Shown here in pieces: positions 29,101 to 38,990 of a stretch of DNA of 64,000 bases. The notes under the pieces were generated by a model. It was not told the DNA's origin, searched no databases, and saw only the letters and a list, made by a program, of their open reading frames with translations. This stretch comes from an uncultured virus (IMG/VR IMGVR_UViG_3300021197_001384). Its lineage: Duplodnaviria > Heunggongvirae > Uroviricota > Caudoviricetes. How positions within the stretch are numbered: the first letter of the stretch is position 1; every line of letters starts with the position of its first letter. A program made the position numbers and the translations under genes. The stretch is taken from the IMG/VR virus record IMGVR_UViG_3300021197_001384. One strand, 5' to 3'.

Positions 29101-32100
29101 CTTCTTATTTTTCGGAATGTTGGCAATCTGATCGATGGCTTTTTTGAAGTCCTTGCGGGTAACGGGAGTGTTCCGCTCGTTCGCGTAGACGTCGGCAAAG
29201 TTCATCGCCATCTGCACGTTCTGGAACCAGTCCTTCATCGGGCTGAATGCAGCAATGATCGCGCCCGACTGCTCCGGGGTCATTCCAAACTTGGATGACA
29301 TATCGTCCGCGATGATACGGGCACCGTCATACCAGTGTGTCGCACGGGACCGGAACTCCTCCGGGAACGCATCGTGCAACGCGAGCAGGTTATCCACCAT
29401 CATTCGGAGCAAGGCATTTTTGCGCTTCACTGGATCCGTGTGCTTCGTGATGAACGAAGGCATCTCATAGTCCACACCGACCATTTTATACACGCCCTTC
29501 TTCTTCTTCCGCTCTTGCTTCGTAAAGTGGGTCATCATCGCCATCTGCTTCTCCAGTGCTTGGGGAGTGACGTAGTCGATGCTGGTGTTGGTGGTCTGAG
29601 TGCGAGGGTTTGTCTTCGTGTCGGTTCCAGTGCCAACCCGTGAGGCATCGTATTCGTCGCTGGGCTTGGATACCTCCTCCATGCTGAAGGTAATGACTGA
29701 AGGCTTCACCGTCTTTTCCGAATCCTCGGCTACCTTGGCCTTGGCCTCGGCTACCTTGGCCTTGGCCTCGGCCTGAACTGCTGCTGCCGCCTCGTATTCT
29801 GACGCTTCGAAAGTCGGCGGCTTAGTTCCCTTGAGCACGCCTTCGGTGTCACGAACCATGAACACTACGTCAGGCTCGCCCATGGTGTCGTAGTTCCAGC
29901 CGTCTGGAGCGTATTCCCGAGAGAACTTAACCCGGGCGACCGACACGAACTTGAACTGTCCGTAGAGGTTCGGGAGGAAGCCGCCGATGTCGAATGCGTC
30001 CAGCGTTGCTGCATACTCGGATGCCTCTGCGAGCACTGCCTTCATCTTGGCGGTCGAGCCGGGCACCTTGTGGACGCTTTGCAGGTCACCGTAGCTGGTG
30101 ACCATCACCCCCCCGAGCTGATCCTCGGACTGGAAGAGCAGGTTTTCTGGGTCGAGGTAAGTCTTGAGATCGTAGACCGCTACCGCTGCGCCTTGCGGGT
30201 GCTCTTTGCGGGTCCGCTCGAGGGCTGCGTGGAAGCTACGTCCTCGGGCTTCAGGACTAACCCTGAACCGGCTGCGGCCATCCGCTCCCGAAGTGTCCTT
30301 TGGGGCATCGGGATCCGAAACAGTTGAGCTTTTTGCCGTGGCGTTAGCATCTGTCGATTGAGCAGGGATACTGCCTGCACTTGCAAGGCTAAAAGTGATG
30401 TTGGCCTTGGTCGGGTCAAACGTGCCACGGTTGCCGATGGCCGACTTGATCTGCGAAGGCTTGCTGATTGCGATCCAGAGATCGTCATTGAACTTGATGC
30501 CATCATGGCCTGCTCGCTTGGCCTTCCCGATCAGCTCACGGTTGGCCTTGTTGTAGTTCATGGCAGATGACCATTCCTTCTTATCGGCATCGGTCATCAC
30601 GTAGGGGTTCTCGATCTTGGCGTAGACGGGGAGCACCCGTGATGCCGTGTTCTTCGCCACCATGTCCCACGGGCCTGCTCCAACCCGCTCGTCACGGACC
30701 ATCCTCATGCTGTCGTTGTCGGTGGCGTATCCTGAAGCGACGACTGGATCACTGGTCAGCCAGACTCCCGTGTTCATCTTGAAGGACTTGAAGTCAGCGT
30801 CCTTCGAAGTGCCGTGATACATGACCTTCGGTTGGCCTCCCTCGTTGACCACAACGGAGTCTCCGAACCAGTTCTTGAAGGCATCGGTCTGGGTAGGCGG
30901 TGCAAGCTGGAAGGAATGACCAAGGCGAGAACTGTCGGTCCATCCTTCCTCCTCCATCATGCGTTGGGCTTGGACATCGAGCTGGGCATCGATCCGAGCT
31001 TTGGCTGTTGCAACCTGTTCGGCTTCCTTGAGGGCAACGGCATTGGCTTCGCGTTCCATCTGCGACTGCACTGCCATCTGCACCTGAGCTGCCTTGGCAT
31101 CGAGTGCCACCTGTTCAGCGAGGGCATCTGGATCTCCCAGTGCCTGACGCATCCAGCTCTCCAGCTTCGGATCCAGCTTCCCATCCCGCATGAGCTTCTT
31201 CATCTTGGCCGTTCCCTTGAGCATGGACCGCAGTGAGTCTCCAAGGCTCTTGAGCCACCTGCCAACCTTGGATGCAACGTCCACCCCAAGGATGGTCTTG
31301 CGCTTTGATAGGGCGTAGTCGACCAGAGTGGCCGAGAACCACTCAGTATTGGCCCGTGCTACGTTTTTTTGGTCCGCATTGGGGTCAGCCTCCCCCTTGG
31401 CCTGATAGAAGGCTCTACGGGCTTTTGTGACCTCATCCTGAGAAAACTGTTTAAGCTCGATTCCCTGCTTCAACCAGCCCTCGCCCACTTCTTCGATGAC
31501 GGTGGTGGGATTGGAATTGCTGGCCAAGCGCACTGCGATCTGCAGCAGGTCGTTCTTGCCCATGACTACTTGGTTGGAGCCTTTGATCGTGACCTTGGCG
31601 GGGTCCATGCCTTCAGCCAGCTGGCCAAGGTTGGTGGCGACCTCAATCGCATTGTCCATCTCAGCCTGCGTGATCTCTCCAGCCGCAACCATGTCAACCA
31701 GTCGGGCATTCTGGGCCTGCTCCACAGTGAGGTTCTCACCATACCGGCCTTGCAGCTCACGCAGCACTGACCCAACGGCATCTCCCTCGGCCTGTTTGTT
31801 CTTGGCCGCACGCTTCTCCCGGGAAACCCAGTTGGAGTATCGCCTCCACAGGTCAGCCTGACCCGGGTCAGCCATGTTGAAGATGATCGGTTTGCCATCC
31901 TCGGTGATAATTGCCGGAGCCCCATTGACCTCACCGATCTTGCGACCAGCGGAGTCGGAGGGACCAAGCTCCTCAAAGAGAGCCTTGGCCGTATCCTCTT
32001 GGTAACGGGCGTAAGCGTCACGATCACCATTTGCTGCATCCAGCACTGTTTGGCCCATGCTTGGATCGGGGGATCCAGCTAAGATCTCTTCGTCGGTGTA

Positions 32101-33342
32101 GACCGACCGCATGATCTCAAAGTCTTTCGGGGTGAGCAGGCCACCCTGACGGGTCAGCAGGTAGTTCTGGCCACTCTTGCGCTGACTGTTGCGTTGGATG
32201 TCTGTGTCGACGGACAGGGCCGTTCCGAACATGAAGCCAGCGGTGGCACCCAGTGCCGCCTCAACGCCCCGTGACTTGAACGCTTCCATCGTCACCAGCT
32301 CCATCTGCTCGTCGTAGGTGAGCTTGGATGCAACGTCGTCCCAGAAGCCCTGCAGAGGCTCAGCAATGCCTTCTTCCAGCGAGGACCGCAGACCACGTCG
32401 ACCCATGTTCTTCAGGCCGTCACCGAGACGGACCTTGTCGCCCATCTTGGGGGTGACTTTCCATGCCCGATTAAAGAGGCGTTCCACACCCACTGCTCGC
32501 TCGATGAGCACTTGCGGTGCAGCGGAAAACAGGTTCTCGAAAGCGGTCTTGACATTGGCCTGATACTCAGGGTCCAAACCCATGCGCTCCTGCTCTTTCT
32601 GGCCGAAGAACATGCCAGCCATGGCTACAATACCGGGAATCCCCGACATGGCCATCACCACGGTAGCAGGGATTGATCCCACTACGGCAGTGATCTGGCC
32701 GATAGCGCTGTCACGGAACTCAGGACTGGTGTTGAGCAGGTCGTGCATCACCTGATCGGTCTGGTAGTGCAGGGCTGCTATCTCTCGGTATTCCTCGGAC
32801 TTCATCTGCATGGCCATGCCTGCAGCCTGCCAGAACCTGTCGATGTTACCCGTGGCTCCATCAGCATCCACGCGGGGATCTACGAATCCGGCCATCTCCT
32901 GAAGCGCTGTGGCGCTCAATGAGTATCCAGCACCAATGGTATCACCAAGGACGCCAACAAGCTCGCTGCTGGCCGTTGCCAGCCCGTTCCAGACGATATT
33001 GGTGGAAGCAGGTGCAGTCTCCACATCCGCCTCATACTGACGCACTGCGTTCACGTATGGATCGGTCAGCTTGTAGCCCTCGGCAATCTGGTTGACGGCA
33101 TCACCGGGGTTATCGGTGTTGAAGAACTTGCGGGTCAACCCGGGTAAGGAGGCGCGGACCTTGTCGGCCGGGATGCCAGTGCGATGCGACATCCACAGGG
33201 TGAGCTGTTCTCGGTTCCTGAAGTGCGGATCTGATACGGTTCTGGCCTGCTCCTCGATGCGGTCAAAGTGACCACGCAGGGGCTCAGGCATCGCATCCTT
33301 CGCGGGCTTTTGGTCAGAAAAAAGTGGTCGCAGGTAATCCAT
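26188..33342 (-). CDS. giant polyvalent internal virion protein with ART-like, GNAT-like and helical glycosylase-like domains
   Basis: 2384 aa; FKNWFGDS..PKVMYHGT..GVWLT..QIKSAIGNRGTF; LDAFD..LPNLY..YAPDGW; WY..AAFSP..HKIRNFYNNI..TMDTHA..MQSITW. Confidence 0.75.
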   Translation of the reverse strand: MDYLRPLFSDQKPAKDAMPEPLRGHFDRIEEQARTVSDPHFRNREQLTLWMSHRTGIPADKVRASLPGLTRKFFNTDNPGDAVNQIAEGYKLTDPYVNAVRQYEADVETAPASTNIVWNGLATASSELVGVLGDTIGAGYSLSATALQEMAGFVDPRVDADGATGNIDRFWQAAGMAMQMKSEEYREIAALHYQTDQVMHDLLNTSPEFRDSAIGQITAVVGSIPATVVMAMSGIPGIVAMAGMFFGQKEQERMGLDPEYQANVKTAFENLFSAAPQVLIERAVGVERLFNRAWKVTPKMGDKVRLGDGLKNMGRRGLRSSLEEGIAEPLQGFWDDVASKLTYDEQMELVTMEAFKSRGVEAALGATAGFMFGTALSVDTDIQRNSQRKSGQNYLLTRQGGLLTPKDFEIMRSVYTDEEILAGSPDPSMGQTVLDAANGDRDAYARYQEDTAKALFEELGPSDSAGRKIGEVNGAPAIITEDGKPIIFNMADPGQADLWRRYSNWVSREKRAAKNKQAEGDAVGSVLRELQGRYGENLTVEQAQNARLVDMVAAGEITQAEMDNAIEVATNLGQLAEGMDPAKVTIKGSNQVVMGKNDLLQIAVRLASNSNPTTVIEEVGEGWLKQGIELKQFSQDEVTKARRAFYQAKGEADPNADQKNVARANTEWFSATLVDYALSKRKTILGVDVASKVGRWLKSLGDSLRSMLKGTAKMKKLMRDGKLDPKLESWMRQALGDPDALAEQVALDAKAAQVQMAVQSQMEREANAVALKEAEQVATAKARIDAQLDVQAQRMMEEEGWTDSSRLGHSFQLAPPTQTDAFKNWFGDSVVVNEGGQPKVMYHGTSKDADFKSFKMNTGVWLTSDPVVASGYATDNDSMRMVRDERVGAGPWDMVAKNTASRVLPVYAKIENPYVMTDADKKEWSSAMNYNKANRELIGKAKRAGHDGIKFNDDLWIAISKPSQIKSAIGNRGTFDPTKANITFSLASAGSIPAQSTDANATAKSSTVSDPDAPKDTSGADGRSRFRVSPEARGRSFHAALERTRKEHPQGAAVAVYDLKTYLDPENLLFQSEDQLGGVMVTSYGDLQSVHKVPGSTAKMKAVLAEASEYAATLDAFDIGGFLPNLYGQFKFVSVARVKFSREYAPDGWNYDTMGEPDVVFMVRDTEGVLKGTKPPTFEASEYEAAAAVQAEAKAKVAEAKAKVAEDSEKTVKPSVITFSMEEVSKPSDEYDASRVGTGTDTKTNPRTQTTNTSIDYVTPQALEKQMAMMTHFTKQERKKKKGVYKMVGVDYEMPSFITKHTDPVKRKNALLRMMVDNLLALHDAFPEEFRSRATHWYDGARIIADDMSSKFGMTPEQSGAIIAAFSPMKDWFQNVQMAMNFADVYANERNTPVTRKDFKKAIDQIANIPKNKKDKQNRAKLLKGIGGKSIQQLWDEGNQELAAWATRIVSTQKHGLMHDVLAPEGFAMGVRTNNDGGIKQMVWQDTSAIVKALKVATDGSLANISTQLGLEHKIRNFYNNIIAPNTLFGDATMDTHAVNADLLFPMGGSGYQVDLNFGKAGVGGPHNSGTYWLHLEAYKRAAAKRGLLPRQMQSITWEAVRMLFPDAAKRDEAFVDKYAQIWNSSSNASQARKQILSDGIAAPEWARSRDREQTESSSASLRKDAGYEAFGFGALRPTLRSSSSDGAFSPSVDQTFQLSGVPLNAEQEITFQLEALKAHGNLTDDTVIQKQQAAMTPQQRIMATTNMGFARVGAQLAVPISERLFKISPRIAQLLRRMEMGIGINQHSDLNRVKPFIDGLEGIKKDKAVYERLNLALMNGDTETRDAILAQFNLTIEPVESLLADIKQRMIDSGYEIGFIANYFPRKVKDLDALWNHYYGSEYGGELDALIRKTQKRMQEDGRTFGELEKQEVLNEFLASKKTIRTSGPSATKQRTTGIVTPAAAEFYEDSLTALISHINKSADAVGRAQFFGKHNVTLDNITDASETFGTTTDINQSIGAYVAEELADAPPGQAEEVRAMLEARFNQGVMEQMVRWAKTIGYITTMGQLTSTLTQLGDFAFSIYENGFFNTVSTAADVIGGNARVTRDQFNIETHSAEFASMDSTHKVLDQVFTLTGLKWMDRIGKETLMNGKINMLEKLARTGTLDTKSQATLDASFTPEQAAQVMEDLKAGNLTEDVQFLAYSTLADYQPINLSEFPEAYLRNPNGRIVYMLKTFTVKQLNAFWREGMNKVVFGKTPAERAQGMGNVLRLAALFWLIGVPVDMLKDWLMGREMNLSETAVDNIYKLGGLSNYHIQQMDRLNDPSKFIALYLAPPVPWFTEPAKGVSEMAKAATSGEEFKPGNLSLWRTVPVVGGFWYGHFGGGAERRRQESQKSSPTIRL

Positions 33343-35006
33343 TACTTAGTGGTGTTCATGAGCGCATCAACCTCGGCTCCGAATGCAGTGTGGAAAAGAT
33401 TGTCTCGGAACCGCTTGAACGTCTCGTCGCTAGGGTCGGGGTTCTCGTCGAAAAAGATGCGGATCTGGGTGAGTTGCTCGACCCACATATTGCCCACGGT
33501 GGGTGGGTTTATGCTCCGCCCAGCCGTCTTCCATACGGTCTTCAGATCACGGTGAAGCTCCTGCTCGGTGTCGGTGACCGTCCGGTCGAACGGGGTCCAG
33601 TTCATGTCCTCGTCGCCATTGGAGACATCGAGGGAGTGGGAAACCATCAGGTCATGAATAAGCTCACGCTGAACCTCGGGGTTGAGCCCCGACATGGTGA
33701 TCTTGTCGACCATCTTACGGTAGGTCGCATCGGTGTTACCGATCATGCCCGGATACAGAATGAGCCCGTAATTAGCGCCCAGCATGCGCCAGCCAGCCCA
33801 GCCCACGGACTCCTTCAGGTCAGTGTAAGTATCGCTCTGCCGTTGCAGGTTGGAAGCGACATCGTAAGAACGGTGGAGGTCGATGCCGTCTGCCGGGGAA
33901 AGCCCATCAAGCAACACCTGCTTATCGATCTGGGCACGGGTCAGATCATTGTTGGCAAGCTTCTTGCGCATGGACTCCCGGTTGGAGACTTGGGTTCTGC
34001 GACTGGAGAGCAGGGCAGCAGCGTCCTTGGCCTCCGCTTCCTGCTTCTTCCTTAAGCGCTCAGCCTTGTAGACATCGCCTTCTTCTTCGGCCCCAAGGAA
34101 GAGTGGCATCATGTCCGTGACCTTCTCAAGCGATATGCTTCCCGCATCCACGGCACTCTGGATGATATTCAAGGGCTCCCCCTTGGCCATTCGCTCCATG
34201 AGTTTCACGCCCGTTGTGTTCATGGCTTGGTCGGCCTGCGCCCTTGCCTTGCGCACGTTGTCCAACTGGAGCAAGCGCTCTTGCTGCGACAGGCCGTATC
34301 CCCCACTGCGATACGATCCCTTGGTGAGCAGATCGTCCTCGATGTCGGACAGCGCCTTTGCCGCATCCGCTGGGGGCGAATTAAGCGTAGCGGAGATCTC
34401 ACGTTGGAGCACCCGAGCAGTTCCCGCTTCGGCCAACTTCTTCTTCAACGCCTCCTTATCGGAGGGTGCAGCAACCATCTTGTCGACCTCAGCTATCGCA
34501 TCATCGAACTTCCAGTCCTCAAACAGGCGCTGGGCGTTCTGGGCCACCAGAGCATTGGACTCTGCGATCTCTATCTTGGTGGCCACGTTCTCGGTCTGGA
34601 TCTGGGAAGCCTTCTTCCAGTAGTCCAATTCGATCTTGTCGGAGTCGACGGCCATGTTGCTCCAACCTTGGTCGGACTTTCGGGTGCTAAACTCCTTCTC
34701 GTATTCGGTGATACGCTGGGCCGAATACTCGCGCATTGCCTTGGCGTCACCCGGGTTGTTCTCTGCGAAATTTTTGATGTCCGCATCGATGCCTGCACGG
34801 ATGATTTTTTCACCAGCGATCTGGCCGTCAGCGATGGCCTTGGCCTTCTTCATGCCAAGCTGTTGGATTACCTTGCCGACATCATCGAGTCCTTTGCCGA
34901 ACTGCTTCATGCCCGCACCTTCAGCGGAAAGCAGGTTCGTATCTGCGCGGACTCCTGTCTGTGGAGTGCCCTTCGGGGTGAATTGAGCGAGTTGAATCTT
35001 AGCCAT
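33342..35006 (-). CDS. internal virion protein
   Basis: Helical 554 aa protein in the T7 gp15-equivalent position. Confidence 0.65.
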   Translation of the reverse strand: MAKIQLAQFTPKGTPQTGVRADTNLLSAEGAGMKQFGKGLDDVGKVIQQLGMKKAKAIADGQIAGEKIIRAGIDADIKNFAENNPGDAKAMREYSAQRITEYEKEFSTRKSDQGWSNMAVDSDKIELDYWKKASQIQTENVATKIEIAESNALVAQNAQRLFEDWKFDDAIAEVDKMVAAPSDKEALKKKLAEAGTARVLQREISATLNSPPADAAKALSDIEDDLLTKGSYRSGGYGLSQQERLLQLDNVRKARAQADQAMNTTGVKLMERMAKGEPLNIIQSAVDAGSISLEKVTDMMPLFLGAEEEGDVYKAERLRKKQEAEAKDAAALLSSRRTQVSNRESMRKKLANNDLTRAQIDKQVLLDGLSPADGIDLHRSYDVASNLQRQSDTYTDLKESVGWAGWRMLGANYGLILYPGMIGNTDATYRKMVDKITMSGLNPEVQRELIHDLMVSHSLDVSNGDEDMNWTPFDRTVTDTEQELHRDLKTVWKTAGRSINPPTVGNMWVEQLTQIRIFFDENPDPSDETFKRFRDNLFHTAFGAEVDALMNTTK

Positions 35007-35024
35007 GGGTAATTATCCGGTCGG

Positions 35025-35537
35025 TCATTGGGGCTTCTTGGCCTCGTTTTGGGGCTTCTTGGCCTCGTTGTAGGCGGCGATGCCGGTAGCAACATCAGCA
35101 GCACCTGAGAGAAGTGTTCCACCTGCAGACCAGAGCCCACTTTTGTAAGCGGCATTACCACCTGCTCGGTCCAGTTTGGCCTGCTGCTTGAGGTTGTAGC
35201 TTTGGATCCCTGCCCTGCGCTCGGTCTCCAGTGCATCCAACTCCAGTTGCATGGTCTGGTCAGCAGCAACGATCAGTGAGGTGCCTGCTCCAGTCACACC
35301 GGACTTGGCCGACCTCGCCCGTTGGCTGGCGAGGATCCGCTCATTGCGCCTGCGCTGGGCATTGGCGATCTCGCGGCCGTCGCGCTCTGCCACCTTGGCA
35401 TTGGCCTCTGCCACCTTGGCGTTGTATTCGGCCATCTTCCGCTGGGCCTTGCCCTGCTGGTATGATCCGTATGCAGAGACACCAGCTCCAGCTGCTGATG
35501 CTACGGTTCCAATGATAAGTGCAGTTTCGAGTCCCAT
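35025..35537 (-). CDS. internal virion protein (T7 gp14-like)
   Basis: Ala/Gly-rich N-terminus, coiled coil, SGVTGAGTS; ends with duplicated NEAKKPQ. Confidence 0.75.
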   Translation of the reverse strand: MGLETALIIGTVASAAGAGVSAYGSYQQGKAQRKMAEYNAKVAEANAKVAERDGREIANAQRRRNERILASQRARSAKSGVTGAGTSLIVAADQTMQLELDALETERRAGIQSYNLKQQAKLDRAGGNAAYKSGLWSAGGTLLSGAADVATGIAAYNEAKKPQNEAKKPQ

Positions 35538-35538
35538 G

Positions 35539-35949
35539 TCAGGTGAGGTTTTTGAAGAGTTGAGTCATGCCGGAATGGTTTTCGATAAAGCCCCGTTTCT
35601 TGAACCAGCTTTGGAGGCCACGGCCTTCGGCCATAGTAAAGAGTAGTTTGTAGTCCAACTCGTAGGCTACGGCCTCAATGGCTCCGAGCAGGTAGTTCAA
35701 GACCTTGACCGATTCCTTGGCTTTTAAGCGTGGTCTGGTCGTCAGCCATGCCACCCATGCGGCACCAATCGAATTGTCCATGTAGAGCCACGCAACGGCC
35801 ACCGGAGCACCGTTCTGTTCGACCATCACGCCACACTTGGGGAGGCAGGCCAAGGGAACGGGGGGCATGTTGTGTCCAACCCACCAGTTATCGAAGACGG
35901 TCATAAGATTCCCGTGCTCCTCTCTGACGTTAATGACTTTGGATTCCAT
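35539..35949 (-). CDS. GNAT-fold virion assembly protein (gp13-like)
   Basis: Position after nozzle; FKKRGF motif. Confidence 0.6.
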   Translation of the reverse strand: MESKVINVREEHGNLMTVFDNWWVGHNMPPVPLACLPKCGVMVEQNGAPVAVAWLYMDNSIGAAWVAWLTTRPRLKAKESVKVLNYLLGAIEAVAYELDYKLLFTMAEGRGLQSWFKKRGFIENHSGMTQLFKNLT

Positions 35950-38279
35950 TACTGATTGAATACATCGAATTTGATAGCCAAGCCAAGCACTACGCAGGGG
36001 TAGGGCTCGTCCTGAACGATAAACACATCGGCACTGCGGTCACTGCCACCTTGCCAACGCAGGATCTGGTCGCCCGTAAAGAGCGGAGGACTCTCGTCCA
36101 TCAAGTCGGTGGACTGGCGGAAGATCACCGGATCGAGGTTGTTCCGGCTCTTGCCGAACTTGCACCCGAGCGAATCCTTGAAGCGGATCACAATCTCGGA
36201 AATGCGACGACGCTTGCCTTGGGTCGGACCCAATTGGCTGACCACATCGAGCTTCATCGGATTAATCACGCCCTCGTAGCGCAAACCGATTGTAGCCGTG
36301 CCATTGGTGCCAAACGGAATGGCATTGGGCACGGTGATCTGGCCGCCAGAGACCACGAAGTCTCCAAGGTCACTGCCAAGCACCACTGCGGCCACCGTCT
36401 TGCCTTCAAGGTGGCCCAGTCCAGTGATAACGGTGTTGTTGTTACCAGAGCCTAAGTAGGGCACCACCACCGAAGCGTCCAAATGATTCATGGTCTCCTT
36501 GTCCAAGCTCTCCACCGCCATCCGCTCCACTTGACGCGAAGGAGCCTGATCGGTGCCACGGTTTACCACCAGCCAGATCTCGTCGTTCGGGTATCCGTAG
36601 ACGGCCGTCACCGACTCGACCTTGCCCTGAGTCTCCCACGTAGACCAAGCGACCACGTTCTGCTCGCGATCATAAGTCATTACCGCAAGCCGCCCGTCAG
36701 TGAGCACCGAAAGCACCAAGGGATCAGGCTGACGGGCGACTGCGGTCTGGATGACTCCAGATTCTGTGACGTGCTCGGCCAGCTGAGTCAGGTCCGGCGA
36801 GATGTAGCGGTCGCGCTCAAAGTTGTAGCTCATCTCCCGCAGGCGACGGCCCTGCCGTTGCATGAAGAGCAGCGTGTCATTCACCAGCAGCGCATCGATG
36901 GCCTGACTGCCGTAGTTGGACTGAGTCCGGACACTGATGTTCGAAGGGGTCAGCGGTTCCTCTCGGGATCCACTTGCGGCCGTAACCTCGGAACCCTCAG
37001 TTCCAATCTGCAGCACATCCATCGAAGCCATCCACTCGATTGAGTTGGCTTCCGAACTGGCGATCTCAAAGGCCACTGCGTTGGTGTCCAGCACTCCGTA
37101 TTCGAAGTTATCGAAGTCACCAGTGCGTGAACCCCAGAACCGAATCGGGTTGCTCTTGGTGCCCCCGTAGAAGATTCGCTGCTCGTAGAAGGCAATCGCT
37201 CTCGGGTAGCCGCAAACATCACTCCAAGCACCCTCCGACCAAACATCAGTGGCATCGGTCGAACGGGGCTCCTTGATAACTGTGACATCCGCACTGGTAG
37301 GACTGGTCACCGCTGTTACCTTCACCAGCCCCCTGACGTAAGCGTCTTGAGTTTCCAGAACCGCATTCGCCTTGGCGTAGCTGGTGGGTTGTGAACCGAC
37401 CCAGACCGAACCGCTGAAAGGATCACCATTGCTCACGAACCGAAGCCGCATCAGGGCAGGGGTGTCCAAAATGCCCGATGCCGTAACATTCCGGTCGGTC
37501 GCACTCTTAAAGGTCCGGATCACCGTCCACGTGGTGCCGCCATCATCGGAACGCTCCACGAACAACTGGCCGTTCCAGTAGTTGGTGGTGGTCACCTGCC
37601 ACTCGGCCTCAACGGACAGCGGAGTAGCCATCGTGCTGTTCGTGTTGCCCAGAGCAATCGACTCACTTACCGCATCCACCAAGTGACGCAGCTCCCAGTA
37701 GGAGCCAACATGGCCAGCCTGAAACGTAGCGGCCGTTGCCGTCATCACCCGTGGGCTGCTGCCCACCGCATTCAACGACAACTTGGTGCCTGAGACGTTC
37801 TCGTCACGCATTGGTGGATACGTCCAATCCACCGGCAAAAACTCCCATGTCGGCGCAGCGGTCAACCGCTTCAACTTGTAGGGCGGATGATTCGGATGCA
37901 CAAAGTAGACAATGTCATTTAGCTGCCGGATCTGGATCTCAAACAACTCCGACTCCAAGTAGGGGCTCGCCACAAAGGTCGGGACAAACAGGGACGGTGC
38001 CGTGGTGGCCGCATCGTAGAACGTGATGATGTTCTCGGTCAGCGCCATGATGTAGCGCACATCCACCGAGAACTGAAACGGGAGCAACCGGCACAAATCA
38101 TCGTTCGGAGCATAGTCCACATGGGCGAACCCAGTGCGGAATCGAACACCACCGTGGGCCATCACCCTGAAGTTCTCCAGATTGCGACAGGCGCTGTCAT
38201 ACTTGGCCAGATCGCTCCGACCATCGAGCAGCGGGGTGAACTCCCCGCCAGTAAAGTTATTTATGAATTTGGATGCCAT
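35949..38279 (-). CDS. tail tubular protein B (nozzle)
   Basis: NNFTGGEFTPLLDGRSDLAKY..N and YPRAIAFYEQRI motifs. Confidence 0.9.
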   Translation of the reverse strand: MASKFINNFTGGEFTPLLDGRSDLAKYDSACRNLENFRVMAHGGVRFRTGFAHVDYAPNDDLCRLLPFQFSVDVRYIMALTENIITFYDAATTAPSLFVPTFVASPYLESELFEIQIRQLNDIVYFVHPNHPPYKLKRLTAAPTWEFLPVDWTYPPMRDENVSGTKLSLNAVGSSPRVMTATAATFQAGHVGSYWELRHLVDAVSESIALGNTNSTMATPLSVEAEWQVTTTNYWNGQLFVERSDDGGTTWTVIRTFKSATDRNVTASGILDTPALMRLRFVSNGDPFSGSVWVGSQPTSYAKANAVLETQDAYVRGLVKVTAVTSPTSADVTVIKEPRSTDATDVWSEGAWSDVCGYPRAIAFYEQRIFYGGTKSNPIRFWGSRTGDFDNFEYGVLDTNAVAFEIASSEANSIEWMASMDVLQIGTEGSEVTAASGSREEPLTPSNISVRTQSNYGSQAIDALLVNDTLLFMQRQGRRLREMSYNFERDRYISPDLTQLAEHVTESGVIQTAVARQPDPLVLSVLTDGRLAVMTYDREQNVVAWSTWETQGKVESVTAVYGYPNDEIWLVVNRGTDQAPSRQVERMAVESLDKETMNHLDASVVVPYLGSGNNNTVITGLGHLEGKTVAAVVLGSDLGDFVVSGGQITVPNAIPFGTNGTATIGLRYEGVINPMKLDVVSQLGPTQGKRRRISEIVIRFKDSLGCKFGKSRNNLDPVIFRQSTDLMDESPPLFTGDQILRWQGGSDRSADVFIVQDEPYPCVVLGLAIKFDVFNQ

Positions 38280-38280
38280 C

Positions 38281-38898
38281 TTATGCCCCAGTGCCGATGT
38301 ATCGTGCCTTCAGCCAGTCCGACTCATATCCCGAGTCCACTCGCTCCGACCACGCCTGACGGGCATTGCGGCCCTTGGCCCGACGTAGCTCCATTTCGAA
38401 CTGCTGATAAAGCGACTCCTGCTGGGTGCGGTTCTGCTGGATGTGCCATGCCAGCTTCGAAGCAAGCAACGTGTAGATGACCCGCACCTGCAGCGCACCC
38501 AACAAGCCATAGTCTGCATCGCTGTCCGTCTTGGTGACGTCCTGCACGTAGACGATCTTTGCCGTATCCTCGTTGGTCATGAGCACTCGTCCCTCGATCT
38601 CAAAGAGAGGCCGGAGCCGGTAGTCGACCTCGATGTTGTTGAACATCGCAATCGCAGCAAAGTCATTCGGCAGGGCGAACTGACGAGCCCACCCAAACTC
38701 GGGAGGAGTGGAGATCTCAACAAGCGACTTACGCTTGCGGCAGCTACGCCATGGGGCCAGCTCCAGCACTTCACGCACCGTCGGGGCAAGGTGGAGCAGA
38801 CACTTCCGTGCCGTCTCAGAGTTGTCAGTCAATGAGGTGATGGTTTCCTCGGCAATGAGCCCAAGGGCGAAGTTCGCGATGTCAGTTTTGCTCGGCAT
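38281..38898 (-). CDS. tail tubular protein A (adaptor)
   Basis: DIANFALGLI..PW..FALPND..FEIEG. Confidence 0.85.
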   Translation of the reverse strand: MPSKTDIANFALGLIAEETITSLTDNSETARKCLLHLAPTVREVLELAPWRSCRKRKSLVEISTPPEFGWARQFALPNDFAAIAMFNNIEVDYRLRPLFEIEGRVLMTNEDTAKIVYVQDVTKTDSDADYGLLGALQVRVIYTLLASKLAWHIQQNRTQQESLYQQFEMELRRAKGRNARQAWSERVDSGYESDWLKARYIGTGA

Positions 38899-38925
38899 GG
38901 AATAAAAAGTTGGGGGTTAAAAGAA

Positions 38926-38958
38926 AGACCCGCTCCAGCGTAGCCAGAACGGGTCTCC
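38926..38958 (-). terminator. probable terminator after the capsid gene
   Basis: GACCCG/CGGGTC stem followed by TTTCTTTT on the - strand. Confidence 0.5.
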
Positions 38959-38990
38959 CATGAAGAAAGCGGAAGATCCGCGAAACTAGC

